A stretch of DNA of 64,000 bases from Escherichia coli (GTDB taxonomy: Bacteria; Pseudomonadota; Gammaproteobacteria; Enterobacterales; Enterobacteriaceae), in NCBI RefSeq assembly GCF_003018235.1, contig NZ_CP027437.1. The stretch is one strand, 5' to 3'. The notes beneath the pieces were generated by a model. That model was not told the DNA's origin and did not search any database. It saw only the letters and a program-made list of their open reading frames with translations. Positions 36,654 through 47,982 of the stretch are shown piece by piece. Position 1 is the first letter of the stretch, and every line of letters begins with the position of its first letter. Made by a program: the position numbers and the translations under genes.

Positions 36654-37667
36654 TTGGATTTTAAACATCTTACTCAATTTAAAGATATAATTGAACTGGA
36701 CAAGCGCCCTGTTAAACTTGATGAACGGGAAACGTTTAATGTCTCATGGGGTATTGATGAGAACTACCAGGTAGGGGCTGCGATTTCAATTGCTTCAATT
36801 CTTGAAAATAATAAACAAAACAAATTTACCTTTCACATAATCGCTGATTACTTAGACAAAGAGTATATTGAATTATTATCACAATTAGCAACGAAGTATC
36901 AAACAGTAATTAAATTATATCATATTGATTCTGAGCCATTGAAGGCGCTACCTCAATCAAATATCTGGCCAGTATCTATTTATTATCGTTTGCTTTCATT
37001 TGATTATTTTTCTGCGCGATTGGATTCATTATTATATCTTGATGCTGATATCGTCTGTAAGGGTTCATTGAACGAGTTAATAGCATTAGAGTTTAAAGAT
37101 GAATATGGGGCTGTGGTAATTGATGTAGATGCTATGCAAAGTAAAAGCGCTGAGCGTTTATGTAATGAGGATTTTAACGGTAGCTATTTTAACTCTGGTG
37201 TAATGTATATTAATTTACGGGAATGGTTACAACAAAGACTAACGGAGAAATTCTTTGATCTATTATCAGATGAGTCAATTATCAAAAAATTAAAGTATCC
37301 GGATCAAGATATTTTAAACTTAATGTTTTTACATCATGCTAAAATATTACCGAGAAAATATAATTGTATTTATACTATAAAGTCAGAATTTGAAGAAAAA
37401 AATAGTGAATATTACACCCAGTTTATTAATGATGAAACTGTCTTCATACATTATACTGGTGTAACTAAGCCATGGCATGATTGGGCGGACTACGCATCTG
37501 CAGATTATTTCCGTAATATTTATAATATATCTCCATGGAGAAATATACCTTATAAAAAAGCTGTTAAAAAACATGAGTACAAAGAAAAATATAAACACTT
37601 GCTTTACCAGAAAAAATTTCTCGATGGTGTTTTTACAGCAATTAAATATAATGTTATGAAAGGTTAA
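36654..37667 (+). CDS. waaJ: LPS outer-core alpha-1,2-glycosyltransferase (GT8)
   Basis: 337 aa; GT8 motifs; paralog of preceding GT8. Confidence 0.65.
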   Translation: MDFKHLTQFKDIIELDKRPVKLDERETFNVSWGIDENYQVGAAISIASILENNKQNKFTFHIIADYLDKEYIELLSQLATKYQTVIKLYHIDSEPLKALPQSNIWPVSIYYRLLSFDYFSARLDSLLYLDADIVCKGSLNELIALEFKDEYGAVVIDVDAMQSKSAERLCNEDFNGSYFNSGVMYINLREWLQQRLTEKFFDLLSDESIIKKLKYPDQDILNLMFLHHAKILPRKYNCIYTIKSEFEEKNSEYYTQFINDETVFIHYTGVTKPWHDWADYASADYFRNIYNISPWRNIPYKKAVKKHEYKEKYKHLLYQKKFLDGVFTAIKYNVMKG

Positions 37668-37675
37668 TACTCGAG

Positions 37676-38818
37676 ATGGTTGATAAAATAATATTTACAG
37701 TCACTCCTATTTTTTCAATTCCTCCTCGCGGAGCGGCCGCTGTTGAAACGTGGATGTATCAGGTTGCTCAGCGTACCAATTTCCCAAATCGTATTGTTTG
37801 TATCAAGAATCCAGGATACTCAAATTACACCTTTGTTAATGATAATTGTAGTATTCATAGGGTTGGATTCAGTCGCATATATAAGCGGTTATTTCAAAAA
37901 TGGACAAGACTTGATCCTCTTCCATATTCACAGAGAATATTGAATATTGCCCATGATTTTCCTATAACGAAAGAAAGTGTTATTGTAGTTCATAATAGCA
38001 TGAAACTATACACTCAAATTCGTAAGCGAGCTCCTCAGGCAAGAGTGGTTATTCATATGCATAATGCATTTGAACCAAAATTGCTTGAGCAAAATGTTAA
38101 AATGATAGTGCCTAGTTTATACTTGAAAAAGTATTACCAATCTTATTTAGCAAATGCAGATATTGAGATTGTACCAAATGGAATTGATTTAGAAACCTAT
38201 CAATCTACTTTTCAGCCGATCACTAGAAGCGAACTTAATATCTCCCCTGAAGAGAAAATTATTTTTTATGCTGGGCGTATCGTCCCTGATAAAGGCATAT
38301 TACTGTTGATGCAATCATTCGAAAAATTGGCCGCTGCTCACAAAAATTTAAAATTAGTTGTGATTGGTGATTATACAGAAATGAGTAAAAGTGACAAAGG
38401 TGCATATCAACGCAATGTCAGGGAAATTGCAAAACGTTTGAAGGATCGTTGCATTATGTTAGGAAGCATACCGCCTGAAAATATGCATTGTTATTACCCA
38501 CTGGCGGATTTAGTCGTCATTCCTTCCCAGTTCCAGGAACCATTTTGCATGGTGGCAATTGAAGCTATGGGGGCTGGTAAGCCTGTTTTAGTGAGTACGC
38601 GTGGGGGGATGACGGAATTTGTCAAAGAAAATACTACGGGATTCCATTTAAAAGAACCTATGACTGCAGACTCCATAAGCAGCGATATTTTAAAAACGTT
38701 AGCGAATCCTGAATTAACAGCAGTTGCAAAGCAAGGTCAGGATTTTGTGTTTGATCACTACAGTTGGGATGGCGTAACTCAAAGATTTGAAGAGGTTATT
38801 CATAATTGGTTTGAATAA
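37676..38818 (+). CDS. waaD: LPS outer-core glycosyltransferase (GT4; WaaD/WaaK-like)
   Basis: 380 aa; GT4 C-terminal EX7E-type region; last gene before waaL; symbol tentative. Confidence 0.55.
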   Translation: MVDKIIFTVTPIFSIPPRGAAAVETWMYQVAQRTNFPNRIVCIKNPGYSNYTFVNDNCSIHRVGFSRIYKRLFQKWTRLDPLPYSQRILNIAHDFPITKESVIVVHNSMKLYTQIRKRAPQARVVIHMHNAFEPKLLEQNVKMIVPSLYLKKYYQSYLANADIEIVPNGIDLETYQSTFQPITRSELNISPEEKIIFYAGRIVPDKGILLLMQSFEKLAAAHKNLKLVVIGDYTEMSKSDKGAYQRNVREIAKRLKDRCIMLGSIPPENMHCYYPLADLVVIPSQFQEPFCMVAIEAMGAGKPVLVSTRGGMTEFVKENTTGFHLKEPMTADSISSDILKTLANPELTAVAKQGQDFVFDHYSWDGVTQRFEEVIHNWFE

Positions 38819-38825
38819 ATAAAAA

Positions 38826-38848
38826 GGCCGCATTATGCAGCCTTTTTA
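38826..38848. terminator. Bidirectional terminator between convergent waaD-like gene and waaL
   Basis: A5-GGCCGCA...TGCAGCC-T5 hairpin (one mismatch) flanked by A and T runs. Confidence 0.45.
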
Positions 38849-38852
38849 TTTT

Positions 38853-40061
38853 TTACTTGTTTTTCATCGCTAATAATAAGCCGGCGTAAACACCTAATAA
38901 ATTTGGTTCAATTTGTTCTACGTTTCCACGGATAACAAAATAACCTATAAAAGATAGTAAGATTATATAATATGCATTATATGGTGAGCGGTATTTATTC
39001 TGGACGCCATTTTTTATACACTCTTTCAATATTGCACAGTATAGCATCATAAGACTTACCAGCCCTAATAAACCAGTGCCAAACCAGATGAATAGCGCAA
39101 AATTATGTGGCCCTATTGATTGTCTAAAGGTCCATTCTGGATAATCAACGACACGTTTATTATAGACATCTTTATATGCAACGTTACCGTAACCATAACC
39201 AATAACAGGATTCTCTAATATTAGATCGAGTGCGCTGCCTTGAGTACCATTTGCATAGCGATAAGAACTATTAGTTTGTTGAAGTTTATACGTTAGCTTT
39301 GCGGTCATCTCCTTATGTGTGAAAATAACCGACAATGCAATGATGGAAACCATTACTCCTACTAATAGTAACTTCCATTGTTTAAACATCAGAATCCATA
39401 TTAATCCAATGACTAACACGGAAAGCCAGGCCCCTCTGGATAAAGTTCCTAATATCAGAAAAATAAAAATAAAGCTTAGAACCACAAAAGAAATGCGGTA
39501 TTTTGCTGATTTGATAAGCCAGAGATTTAACAATGCAGGGAATAAAAAGACCATCGAGTCAGAAATGCTACGGTGTCTATAATCTGCGAATGGCATTATC
39601 CCTTGTTGATAGTCCTTATAATAGGCAATCAATTCAGAAAAACAGCGTAAGCCCAACGCACTAATAAATGAGAAGAAAACGATTTTTTCGACATCTTCTC
39701 TTTTCTCGTCTCTCAATATGACTGGTATTGCTATTGTGCATAGTAAAGTATTCTCAATAATAGCTTTGAAAATTTCCTTCATGCTAGCCCCTGCATCAGG
39801 GGATTGAAGAAGTGACAGCAATGCAGCAATAGTTAATATGGCAACACTACCAAAAAGAAATGTTTTAAATAGTGAGAGATAATGTTTTGGCCGTTTGCAG
39901 AGATAGACGATTGTCGTTATTGTCATAAGAATAACGATAAGATGTTTATACCTTGTAATCCCACCCAAAAAATAGGTGGTAATGAATAAGAATACGAGAG
40001 CTCTGTTCCAGTACGCTATCCAGTTTTTTTTCTCGAGAGAGAAAAATAATGTTGAGGTCAT
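38853..40061 (-). CDS. waaL: O-antigen ligase
   Basis: 402 aa polytopic membrane protein in the conserved waaL position; start overlaps waaC stop (ATGA). Confidence 0.8.
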   Translation of the reverse strand: MTSTLFFSLEKKNWIAYWNRALVFLFITTYFLGGITRYKHLIVILMTITTIVYLCKRPKHYLSLFKTFLFGSVAILTIAALLSLLQSPDAGASMKEIFKAIIENTLLCTIAIPVILRDEKREDVEKIVFFSFISALGLRCFSELIAYYKDYQQGIMPFADYRHRSISDSMVFLFPALLNLWLIKSAKYRISFVVLSFIFIFLILGTLSRGAWLSVLVIGLIWILMFKQWKLLLVGVMVSIIALSVIFTHKEMTAKLTYKLQQTNSSYRYANGTQGSALDLILENPVIGYGYGNVAYKDVYNKRVVDYPEWTFRQSIGPHNFALFIWFGTGLLGLVSLMMLYCAILKECIKNGVQNKYRSPYNAYYIILLSFIGYFVIRGNVEQIEPNLLGVYAGLLLAMKNK

Positions 40062-41050
40062 CTTATCTCCGATGTCAACTTATTGGTTATTATTTCAAGA
40101 TTTAAATTTTGAAAAACGGTTTGAGCTGGCAAATCTGCAAGAGACATACTTGTAGAACGACACTCTACTTGATTCTTCCCATACCCACCAATTAATCCAG
40201 GATCGGTTGGTCCATAAACCGTGATATTGGGTCTATCCAGTGCCGCCGTTAAATGGCTTAACCCCGTATCCACCGACACTACAAATTTAGCCCCGGCCAG
40301 CACGCGGGCAACGCCTTCCAGACTCATCTTCGGCAATACTTCAACATAAGCAAATCCTTCCGCCAGTCGTTTCGCCCGTTCTTCCTCATGCGGCGCGCCC
40401 CACGGAAGTTTAATCCGTATTCCTGAATCAGCCAGTAAACCAATCAATTCTCGCCAGTGTTCTTCCGGCCAGTGTTTATCATCTCGGGTTGTTGCATGAA
40501 GAAATACGGCATATTCGCCAGCATCTGTAGGCAGGTTCGTCAGGAAATGCTGTGCGATAGCATAATCGCCCTGGGTTTGTGGTTTGCTATAGCCCAGACT
40601 TTTGGCAAACAGTTCGCGGGTGCGTTCTACGGCGTGCTGCTGTTTTGCAATATGATGCTTACGATTGTAAAACAGGCTGGCTAAAGGTTCGCGAGCGGTT
40701 TGCCAGTCCATTCCATGCTTTACGCCATGCGCCAGACGCGTCACCAGCGCCGCGCTTTTTACCAGCCCCTGAGCGTCGATAACTGCGTCATAGTTCTCTG
40801 CTTGTAGCGCTTCACGAAACGCTTTCCGTTCAGCTTTTATGGGGGCCGAGAACCAGGCTTTACGCCAGCGACGTATTGCCACAGGAATAACTCGCTCAAC
40901 AGCGGCGTGCCAGGAAGGAATTTGTGCGAACCCTTCTTCCACCACCCAGTCAAACTTAATCCCCGGGATTGCCTGCTGGGCATCAGTGAGTGCGGGCAAC
41001 GTATGGAGAACATCGCCCATCGACGATGTTTTAACGATCAAAACCCGCAT
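40058..41050 (-). CDS. waaC: LPS heptosyltransferase I
   Basis: 330 aa MRVLIVKTSSMGDVLHTLPALTDA; C-terminal ~30 aa appear to differ from the K-12 protein as remembered. Confidence 0.9.
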   Translation of the reverse strand: MRVLIVKTSSMGDVLHTLPALTDAQQAIPGIKFDWVVEEGFAQIPSWHAAVERVIPVAIRRWRKAWFSAPIKAERKAFREALQAENYDAVIDAQGLVKSAALVTRLAHGVKHGMDWQTAREPLASLFYNRKHHIAKQQHAVERTRELFAKSLGYSKPQTQGDYAIAQHFLTNLPTDAGEYAVFLHATTRDDKHWPEEHWRELIGLLADSGIRIKLPWGAPHEEERAKRLAEGFAYVEVLPKMSLEGVARVLAGAKFVVSVDTGLSHLTAALDRPNITVYGPTDPGLIGGYGKNQVECRSTSMSLADLPAQTVFQNLNLEIITNKLTSEIR

Positions 41051-41053
41051 CCG

Positions 41054-42100
41054 TCAGGCTTCCTCTTGTAACAATAGCGCGTTAAGTTCTTCCAGTACGC
41101 GCTGGGGAGTAATGTCGATCAAGCTCTGGTGATAACCCTCCGCAGCGTCACCTTTACGCACTTTGTGATAGCCGGTAATCAGGCGGATCACGCGTGCTTT
41201 ATGGGATAGCGGCGGTGTGAAGTCCGGGCTACTCGGACCATACAAGGCAACCAGCGGACGATTGAGCGCCGCCGCAACGTGCATCAGGCCAGAATCGTTA
41301 GTGACAATGGCTTTACAGGCTGTAATCAGGATAACCGCTTGATCAAGCTGTGTTTCCCCTGCCAGGTTCCGGCACCATGCCTGCTGCTCGGTATTTAAAG
41401 CGGCAAGAATCTCATTGCCCGCTTCATGATCTTTCGCCGAGCCAAACAGAACCACCTGATAACCTTCATCAATCAGCTGCTTTGCCAGCTCCGCATAGTG
41501 GTAGTGTGGCCAGCGTTTTGCCGGACCAAACTCCGCACCCGGGCAAAAGCCAATCATCGGACGTTCTGATGAAAGCGAAAATTGATTACAGGTATATGAT
41601 TTTTCACCTTCGCTCACCTGCAACTGCGGCCATAACAATGGCTGCGGCAGATCTTGTGCTGTACGCATAATGCCTTTGTCATAGGCCAGCGCGACATAGC
41701 GTTCCACCATTAGCGGCCAGGCTTCTTTATCGAGCACGCGTACATCGTTAAGTAAACCGTAGCGCATCTCGCCGCGCCAGCCGGTGCGATGAGGAATACC
41801 CGCGAAGAAAGGCACTAATGCGGATTTGAAGGAGTTGGGTAAGACGTAGGCGCGGTCGTAGCGCTTTTCACGCAGACTATGACCCAGTTTGCGGCGTTCG
41901 CCGATTTCCAGCGCTCCGTGACCGAGAGGCATAGGAATAGCTTCGTTAACTTCCGGCATCCGCGATAATAATGGACGGCACCATGCCGGTGCCATCACGT
42001 CGATTATCGCCTGGGGATAGCGCGCCTGGAGCGTGCGATAGAGACTTTGCGACATCATCATGTCGCCAACCCAAGACGGGCCGATCACCAGTATTTTCAT
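41054..42100 (-). CDS. waaF: LPS heptosyltransferase II
   Basis: 348 aa MKILVIGPSWVGDMMMSQSLYRTL. Confidence 0.9.
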   Translation of the reverse strand: MKILVIGPSWVGDMMMSQSLYRTLQARYPQAIIDVMAPAWCRPLLSRMPEVNEAIPMPLGHGALEIGERRKLGHSLREKRYDRAYVLPNSFKSALVPFFAGIPHRTGWRGEMRYGLLNDVRVLDKEAWPLMVERYVALAYDKGIMRTAQDLPQPLLWPQLQVSEGEKSYTCNQFSLSSERPMIGFCPGAEFGPAKRWPHYHYAELAKQLIDEGYQVVLFGSAKDHEAGNEILAALNTEQQAWCRNLAGETQLDQAVILITACKAIVTNDSGLMHVAAALNRPLVALYGPSSPDFTPPLSHKARVIRLITGYHKVRKGDAAEGYHQSLIDITPQRVLEELNALLLQEEA

Positions 42101-42109
42101 GCAGAGCTC

Positions 42110-43042
42110 TTATGCGTCGCGATTCAGCCAGGCCATGTATTCCGTTACACCTTCAGCAACGGTTTTGAACGGTTTATCGTAACCCGCCGCGCGCAGATTC
42201 GTCAGATCTGCCTGAGTGAACGCCTGGTAGCGGCCTTTCAGTTTATCCGGGAACGGAATGTATTCGATCTGGCCTTTCTTGTGATAAGCCAGCGTAGCAT
42301 CGGCTACCGCCTGGAAGGATTCCGCACGACCGGTGCCGAGGTTGAAGATGCCGGAAACGCCATTTTCCAGGAACCACAGGTTTACATCTGCCACGTCGCC
42401 TACGTAAACGAAGTCGCGTTTGAAGTTCTCGCTACCTTCAAACAGCTTCGGCGATTCACCGTTGTTAAGCTGAGTGTTGAGATGGAAAGCGACGCTCGCC
42501 ATGCTGCCTTTATGGCCTTCACGCGGTCCATAAACGTTGAAATAGCGGAAGCCAACAATCTGCGAGTTCGCTTCTGGCAGGATTTGACGAACATATTCAT
42601 CAAACAGGAATTTTGAGTAACCGTAGACGTTCAACGGTTTTTCGTACTCGCGGGATTCAATAAAGTCGGAGGTGCGACCGCCGTAAGTGGCCGCGGAAGA
42701 GGCATACAGGAACGGGATTTCGCGTTCCAGACAGTAGTGCAGCAGCTCTTTGGAGTATTGATAGTTGTTATCCATCATATACTTGCCATCCCACTCGGTG
42801 GTGGAAGAGCATGCGCCTTCGTGGAAAATCGCTTCGACATCACCGAACTCTTCGCCAGCCATAATCTGGATCAGGAAGTCTTCCTTATCCATATAGTCCG
42901 CGATATCCAGATCCACCAGGTTCACAAACTTGGTGCCGTCTTTCAGGTTGTCCACCACCAGAATATCGGTGATGCCTTTATCATTCAGGGCCTTAACGAT
43001 GTTGCTGCCGATAAAGCCCGCGCCGCCGGTAACGATGATCAT
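42110..43042 (-). CDS. hldD: ADP-L-glycero-D-manno-heptose 6-epimerase
   Basis: 310 aa [23 protein letters not shown] (Rossmann). Confidence 0.95.
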
Positions 43043-43345
43043 AACTGTAACCTTCGAATTATGGAGTCAGAGACAATCTCAGACACGAATGTCTGTAATC
43101 ATACCATCACATCCGAATCCCTTCAGCCCTTTACATAGAGGTGCAAGGATGCTAATTGCAACAAACTAGTTTGGGTTTTAGCTAGTCCTTCATGGCGGAT
43201 GTTGGTTTTGTATGTGAATAGTGCTTTAGTATCAATATTCCGATGTATGATAAATAACGGAAGCATTTGAATGGATAATATACAGTATACATTCTGTTAA
43301 TATTTATGATATAATTCTTTTTTTATATTAATGGTCTTATTAGTA

Positions 43346-44203
43346 ATGAAATCATCCACCACAATTATCACTGCATATTTTGACATTGGTAGAGGGGATT
43401 GGACTGCTAATAAAGGGTTCCGTGAAAAACTAGCTCGTTCAGTTGATGTTTATTTTAGTTACTTTGAGCGTCTGGCCGCACTTGAAAATGAGATGATTAT
43501 TTTCACTTCTCCCGATTTGAAACCAAGGGTTGAAGCGATTCGCAACGGAAAACCAACAACGGTTATCGTTATCGATATAAAAAAGAAATTTAGATATATC
43601 AGAAGTCGTATCGAAAAAATTCAAAAAGATGAGTCGTTTACAAATAGACTTGAGCCTCGACAATTAAAAAACCCAGAGTACTGGTCACCAGAGTATGTTT
43701 TGGTATGTAACCTTAAGGCCTATTTTGTAAATAAAGCTATCAACATGGGCTTAGTGAAAACTCCTCTTGTTGCGTGGATAGATTTTGGCTATTGCCGTAA
43801 GCCAAATGTAACTCGAGGATTGAAAATTTGGGATTTCCCATTTGATGAAAATAAGATGCATCTTTTCACTATAAAAAAAGGGCTTACTGTCACATCTCAA
43901 CAACAGGCTTTTGATTTCATGATTGGCAATCATGTATATATTATTGGTGGCGCAATTGTTGGTTCACAGCATAAATGGAAAGAATTCTATAAATTAGTTC
44001 TGGAAAGTCAAAAAATAACCCTAAACAATAACATTGTGGACGATGACCAGGGCATCTTTGTCATGTGCTATTACAAACGTTCCGATCTCTTCAACCTAAA
44101 CTATCTGGGGAGAGGAAAATGGTTCGATTTGTTTCGCTGCTTCAGGAGTAACACTTTAGGGGCAAAAATGCAGGCGCTGAGAATTTTCCTTTCAAGAAAA
44201 TAG
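43346..44203 (+). CDS. htrL: HtrL/YibB-family protein
   Basis: 285 aa from MKSSTTIITAYFDIGRGDW; low-GC gene. Confidence 0.8.
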   Translation: MKSSTTIITAYFDIGRGDWTANKGFREKLARSVDVYFSYFERLAALENEMIIFTSPDLKPRVEAIRNGKPTTVIVIDIKKKFRYIRSRIEKIQKDESFTNRLEPRQLKNPEYWSPEYVLVCNLKAYFVNKAINMGLVKTPLVAWIDFGYCRKPNVTRGLKIWDFPFDENKMHLFTIKKGLTVTSQQQAFDFMIGNHVYIIGGAIVGSQHKWKEFYKLVLESQKITLNNNIVDDDQGIFVMCYYKRSDLFNLNYLGRGKWFDLFRCFRSNTLGAKMQALRIFLSRK

Positions 44204-44250
44204 GTTTCCCTCCATTAGTGGGTAGCGTTTTGATACCAAATGAGATTGGA

Positions 44251-44277
44251 AAAATGATGCTCTGGCATCATTTTTTC
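44251..44277 (+). terminator. Rho-independent terminator after htrL
   Basis: AAAATGATGC-TCTG-GCATCATTTT hairpin followed by T-run. Confidence 0.5.
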
Positions 44278-44477
44278 TTTTTATATCAATGCAGTAAAAT
44301 CACTCATCATTATGCCCAGCCAAAACTGTACAGTTTTTCTACTATCTATAGGTGTTGAGAGACATCAAGATTCACGTTATTTATCCTGAATTTTGCAGAA
44401 GTGTTAACGCGTCATCTCGTCGCGACCTATAAGTTTGGGTAATATGTGCTGGAATTTGCCCTGTCTGGAGAATCGCA

Positions 44478-45674
44478 ATGCGTGGAGAATTTTATCAGCA
44501 GTTAACCAACGATCTGGAAACCGCACGGGCGGAAGGGTTGTTTAAAGAAGAGCGCATTATTACGTCTGCGCAGCAAGCAGATATCACTGTGGCTGATGGA
44601 AGCCACGTCATTAACTTTTGTGCCAATAACTATCTCGGACTGGCGAATCATCCGGATCTGATTGCGGCGGCAAAGGCGGGAATGGATTCTCACGGTTTCG
44701 GCATGGCTTCGGTGCGTTTTATTTGCGGCACTCAGGACAGCCATAAAGAGCTTGAACAAAAACTGGCGGCCTTCCTGGGGATGGAAGATGCGATTCTCTA
44801 CTCTTCCTGCTTTGATGCTAACGGTGGCCTGTTCGAAACGCTGTTAGGCGCGGAAGACGCCATTATCTCCGACGCACTGAACCACGCGTCTATTATTGAT
44901 GGTGTGCGTCTGTGCAAAGCTAAACGCTATCGTTATGCCAACAACGATATGCAGGAGCTGGAAGCACGTCTGAAAGAAGCGCGTGAAGCCGGTGCGCGTC
45001 ATGTGCTGATTGCCACCGATGGTGTGTTCTCGATGGACGGCGTGATTGCCAACCTGAAAGGTGTTTGCGATCTCGCAGATAAATATGATGCCCTGGTGAT
45101 GGTAGATGACTCACACGCGGTAGGTTTTGTCGGTGAAAACGGTCGTGGTTCCCATGAATACTGCGATGTGATGGGCCGGGTCGATATTATCACCGGCACG
45201 CTCGGTAAAGCGCTGGGCGGGGCTTCTGGTGGTTATACCGCGGCGCGCAAAGAAGTGGTTGAGTGGCTGCGCCAGCGTTCTCGTCCGTACCTGTTCTCCA
45301 ACTCGCTGGCACCGGCCATTGTTGCCGCTTCCATCAAAGTGCTGGAGATGGTTGAAGCGGGTAGCGAGCTGCGTGACCGTCTGTGGGCGAACGCGCGTCA
45401 GTTCCGTGAGCAAATGTCGGCGGCGGGCTTTACCCTGGCGGGAGCCGATCACGCCATTATTCCGGTCATGCTTGGCGATGCGGTAGTAGCGCAGAAATTT
45501 GCTCGTGAGCTGCAAAAAGAGGGGATTTACGTCACCGGTTTCTTCTATCCGGTCGTTCCGAAAGGTCAGGCGCGTATTCGTACCCAGATGTCTGCGGCGC
45601 ATACCCCTGAGCAAATTACGCGTGCAGTAGAAGCATTCACGCGTATTGGTAAACAACTGGGCGTTATCGCCTGA
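44478..45674 (+). CDS. kbl: 2-amino-3-ketobutyrate CoA ligase (glycine C-acetyltransferase)
   Basis: 398 aa; PLP-dependent enzyme. Confidence 0.95.
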   Translation: MRGEFYQQLTNDLETARAEGLFKEERIITSAQQADITVADGSHVINFCANNYLGLANHPDLIAAAKAGMDSHGFGMASVRFICGTQDSHKELEQKLAAFLGMEDAILYSSCFDANGGLFETLLGAEDAIISDALNHASIIDGVRLCKAKRYRYANNDMQELEARLKEAREAGARHVLIATDGVFSMDGVIANLKGVCDLADKYDALVMVDDSHAVGFVGENGRGSHEYCDVMGRVDIITGTLGKALGGASGGYTAARKEVVEWLRQRSRPYLFSNSLAPAIVAASIKVLEMVEAGSELRDRLWANARQFREQMSAAGFTLAGADHAIIPVMLGDAVVAQKFARELQKEGIYVTGFFYPVVPKGQARIRTQMSAAHTPEQITRAVEAFTRIGKQLGVIA

Positions 45675-45683
45675 GGATGTGAG

Positions 45684-46709
45684 ATGAAAGCGTTATCCAA
45701 ACTGAAAGCGGAAGAGGGCATCTGGATGACCGACGTTCCTGTACCGGAACTCGGGCATAACGATCTGCTGATTAAAATCCGTAAAACAGCCATCTGCGGG
45801 ACTGACGTTCACATCTATAACTGGGATGAGTGGTCGCAAAAAACCATCCCGGTACCGATGGTCGTGGGCCATGAATATGTCGGTGAAGTGGTAGGTATTG
45901 GTCAGGAAGTGAAAGGCTTCAAGATTGGCGATCGCGTTTCTGGCGAAGGCCATATCACCTGCGGTCACTGTCGCAACTGTCGTGGCGGTCGTACCCATCT
46001 GTGCCGCAACACGATCGGCGTCGGCGTTAACCGTCCGGGCTGCTTCGCCGAGTATCTGGTGATTCCGGCGTTCAACGCTTTCAAAATCCCCGACAATATC
46101 TCCGATGATCTGGCTTCCATTTTTGATCCCTTCGGTAACGCCGTGCATACCGCGCTGTCGTTCGATCTGGTGGGTGAAGATGTGCTGGTCTCTGGTGCAG
46201 GCCCGATTGGTATTATGGCGGCGGCGGTGGCGAAACACGTTGGTGCACGTAACGTGGTGATTACTGATGTTAACGAATACCGCCTTGAGTTGGCGCGTAA
46301 AATGGGTATCACCCGTGCGGTTAACGTCGCTAAAGAGAACCTCAATGATGTGATGGCAGAACTGGGCATGACCGAAGGCTTTGATGTCGGTCTGGAAATG
46401 TCCGGTGCGCCACCAGCGTTTCGTACCATGCTCGACACCATGAACCACGGCGGTCGTATTGCGATGCTGGGTATTCCACCGTCTGATATGTCTATCGACT
46501 GGACCAAAGTGATCTTTAAAGGCTTGTTCATTAAAGGTATTTACGGTCGTGAGATGTTTGAAACCTGGTACAAGATGGCGGCGCTGATTCAGTCTGGCCT
46601 CGATCTTTCGCCGATCATTACCCATCGTTTCTCTATCGATGATTTCCAGAAGGGCTTTGACGCCATGCGTTCGGGCCAGTCCGGGAAAGTTATCCTGAGC
46701 TGGGATTAA
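45684..46709 (+). CDS. tdh: L-threonine 3-dehydrogenase
   Basis: 341 aa zinc-ADH family ([18 protein letters not shown]). Confidence 0.95.
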
Positions 46710-46718
46710 CACAAACAA

Positions 46719-46742
46719 GGGCTGGTATTCCAGCCCTTTTTC
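46719..46742 (+). terminator. Rho-independent terminator after tdh
   Basis: GGGCTGG-TATT-CCAGCCC followed by TTTTT. Confidence 0.6.
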
Positions 46743-46947
46743 CTGAGGATAATCTGTTAAATATGTAAAATGCTGTCAGTAAAATAAAGAATGGGTAATT
46801 GCGCTGATCTCTTATATAGCTGTTCTCATTATCTCTCTACCCTGAAGTGACTCTCTCACCTGTAAAAATAATATCTCACAGGCTTAATAGTTTCTTAATA
46901 CAAAGCCTGTAAAACGTCAGGATAACTTCAGAGGTAGTCGGTAATTT

Positions 46948-47982
46948 ATGATGAACAGCACCAATAAACTTAGTGTTATTATTCCGTTATATAATGCGGG
47001 TGATGATTTCCGCACTTGTATGGAATCTTTAATTACGCAAACCTGGACTGCTCTGGAAATCATTATTATTAACGATGGTTCAACGGATAATTCTGTTGAA
47101 ATAGCAAAGCATTACGCAGAAAACTATCCGCACGTTCGTTTGTTGCATCAGGCGAATGCTGGCGCATCGGTAGCGCGTAATCGTGGGATCGAGGTGGCGA
47201 CGGGCAAATATGTCGCTTTTGTCGATGCTGACGATGAGGTCTATCCCACCATGTACGAAACGCTGATGACCATGGCGTTAGAGGACGACCTCGACGTGGC
47301 GCAGTGCAACGCTGACTGGTGTTTTCGTGAAACGGGAGAAACCTGGCAATCCATCCCCAGCGATCGCCTTCGCTCAACCGGCGTATTAACCGGCCCGGAC
47401 TGGCTGCGAATGGGGCTTTCTTCCCGCCGTTGGACTCATGTTGTCTGGATGGGCATTTATCGTCGCGATGTCATTGTTAAAAATAACATTAAATTTATTG
47501 CCGGATTACATCATCAGGATATTGTCTGGACAACAGAATTTATGTTTAACGCGCTACGTGCGCGATATACCGAGCAATCGTTATATAAATATTATCTGCA
47601 TAATACGTCAGTAAGTCGCTTGAATAGACAGGGAAATAAAAACCTTAATTATCAACGCCACTATATTAAGATTACCCGACTGCTAGAGAAATTAAATCGA
47701 AATTATGCCGACAAAATTACGATTTATCCGGAATTTCATCAGCAAATAACTTACGAAGCATTGCGTGTTTGCCATGCGGTGCGCAAAGAGCCGGATATTA
47801 TTACCCGCCAACGGATGATTGCCGAGATATTTACTTCTGGTATGTATAAGCGCCTGATTACCAATGTGCGCAGCGTGAAGGTGGGTTATCAGGCGTTACT
47901 GTGGTCTTTCCGCTTATGGCAATGGCGCGACAAAACGCGGTCGCACCATCGCATTACGCGTAGCGCCTTTAATTTACGCTAG
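46948..47982 (+). CDS. waaH: GT2-family glycosyltransferase WaaH (YibD)
   Basis: 344 aa; [11 protein letters not shown] and VDADDE GT2 motifs. Confidence 0.85.
   Translation: MMNSTNKLSVIIPLYNAGDDFRTCMESLITQTWTALEIIIINDGSTDNSVEIAKHYAENYPHVRLLHQANAGASVARNRGIEVATGKYVAFVDADDEVYPTMYETLMTMALEDDLDVAQCNADWCFRETGETWQSIPSDRLRSTGVLTGPDWLRMGLSSRRWTHVVWMGIYRRDVIVKNNIKFIAGLHHQDIVWTTEFMFNALRARYTEQSLYKYYLHNTSVSRLNRQGNKNLNYQRHYIKITRLLEKLNRNYADKITIYPEFHQQITYEALRVCHAVRKEPDIITRQRMIAEIFTSGMYKRLITNVRSVKVGYQALLWSFRLWQWRDKTRSHHRITRSAFNLR

Noticed and set aside
45693-46718. 341-aa ORF on the - strand, same length as tdh
   Set aside because: Exactly antisense to tdh, whose protein has clear zinc-ADH motifs; the antisense product is low-complexity and Arg/His-rich.
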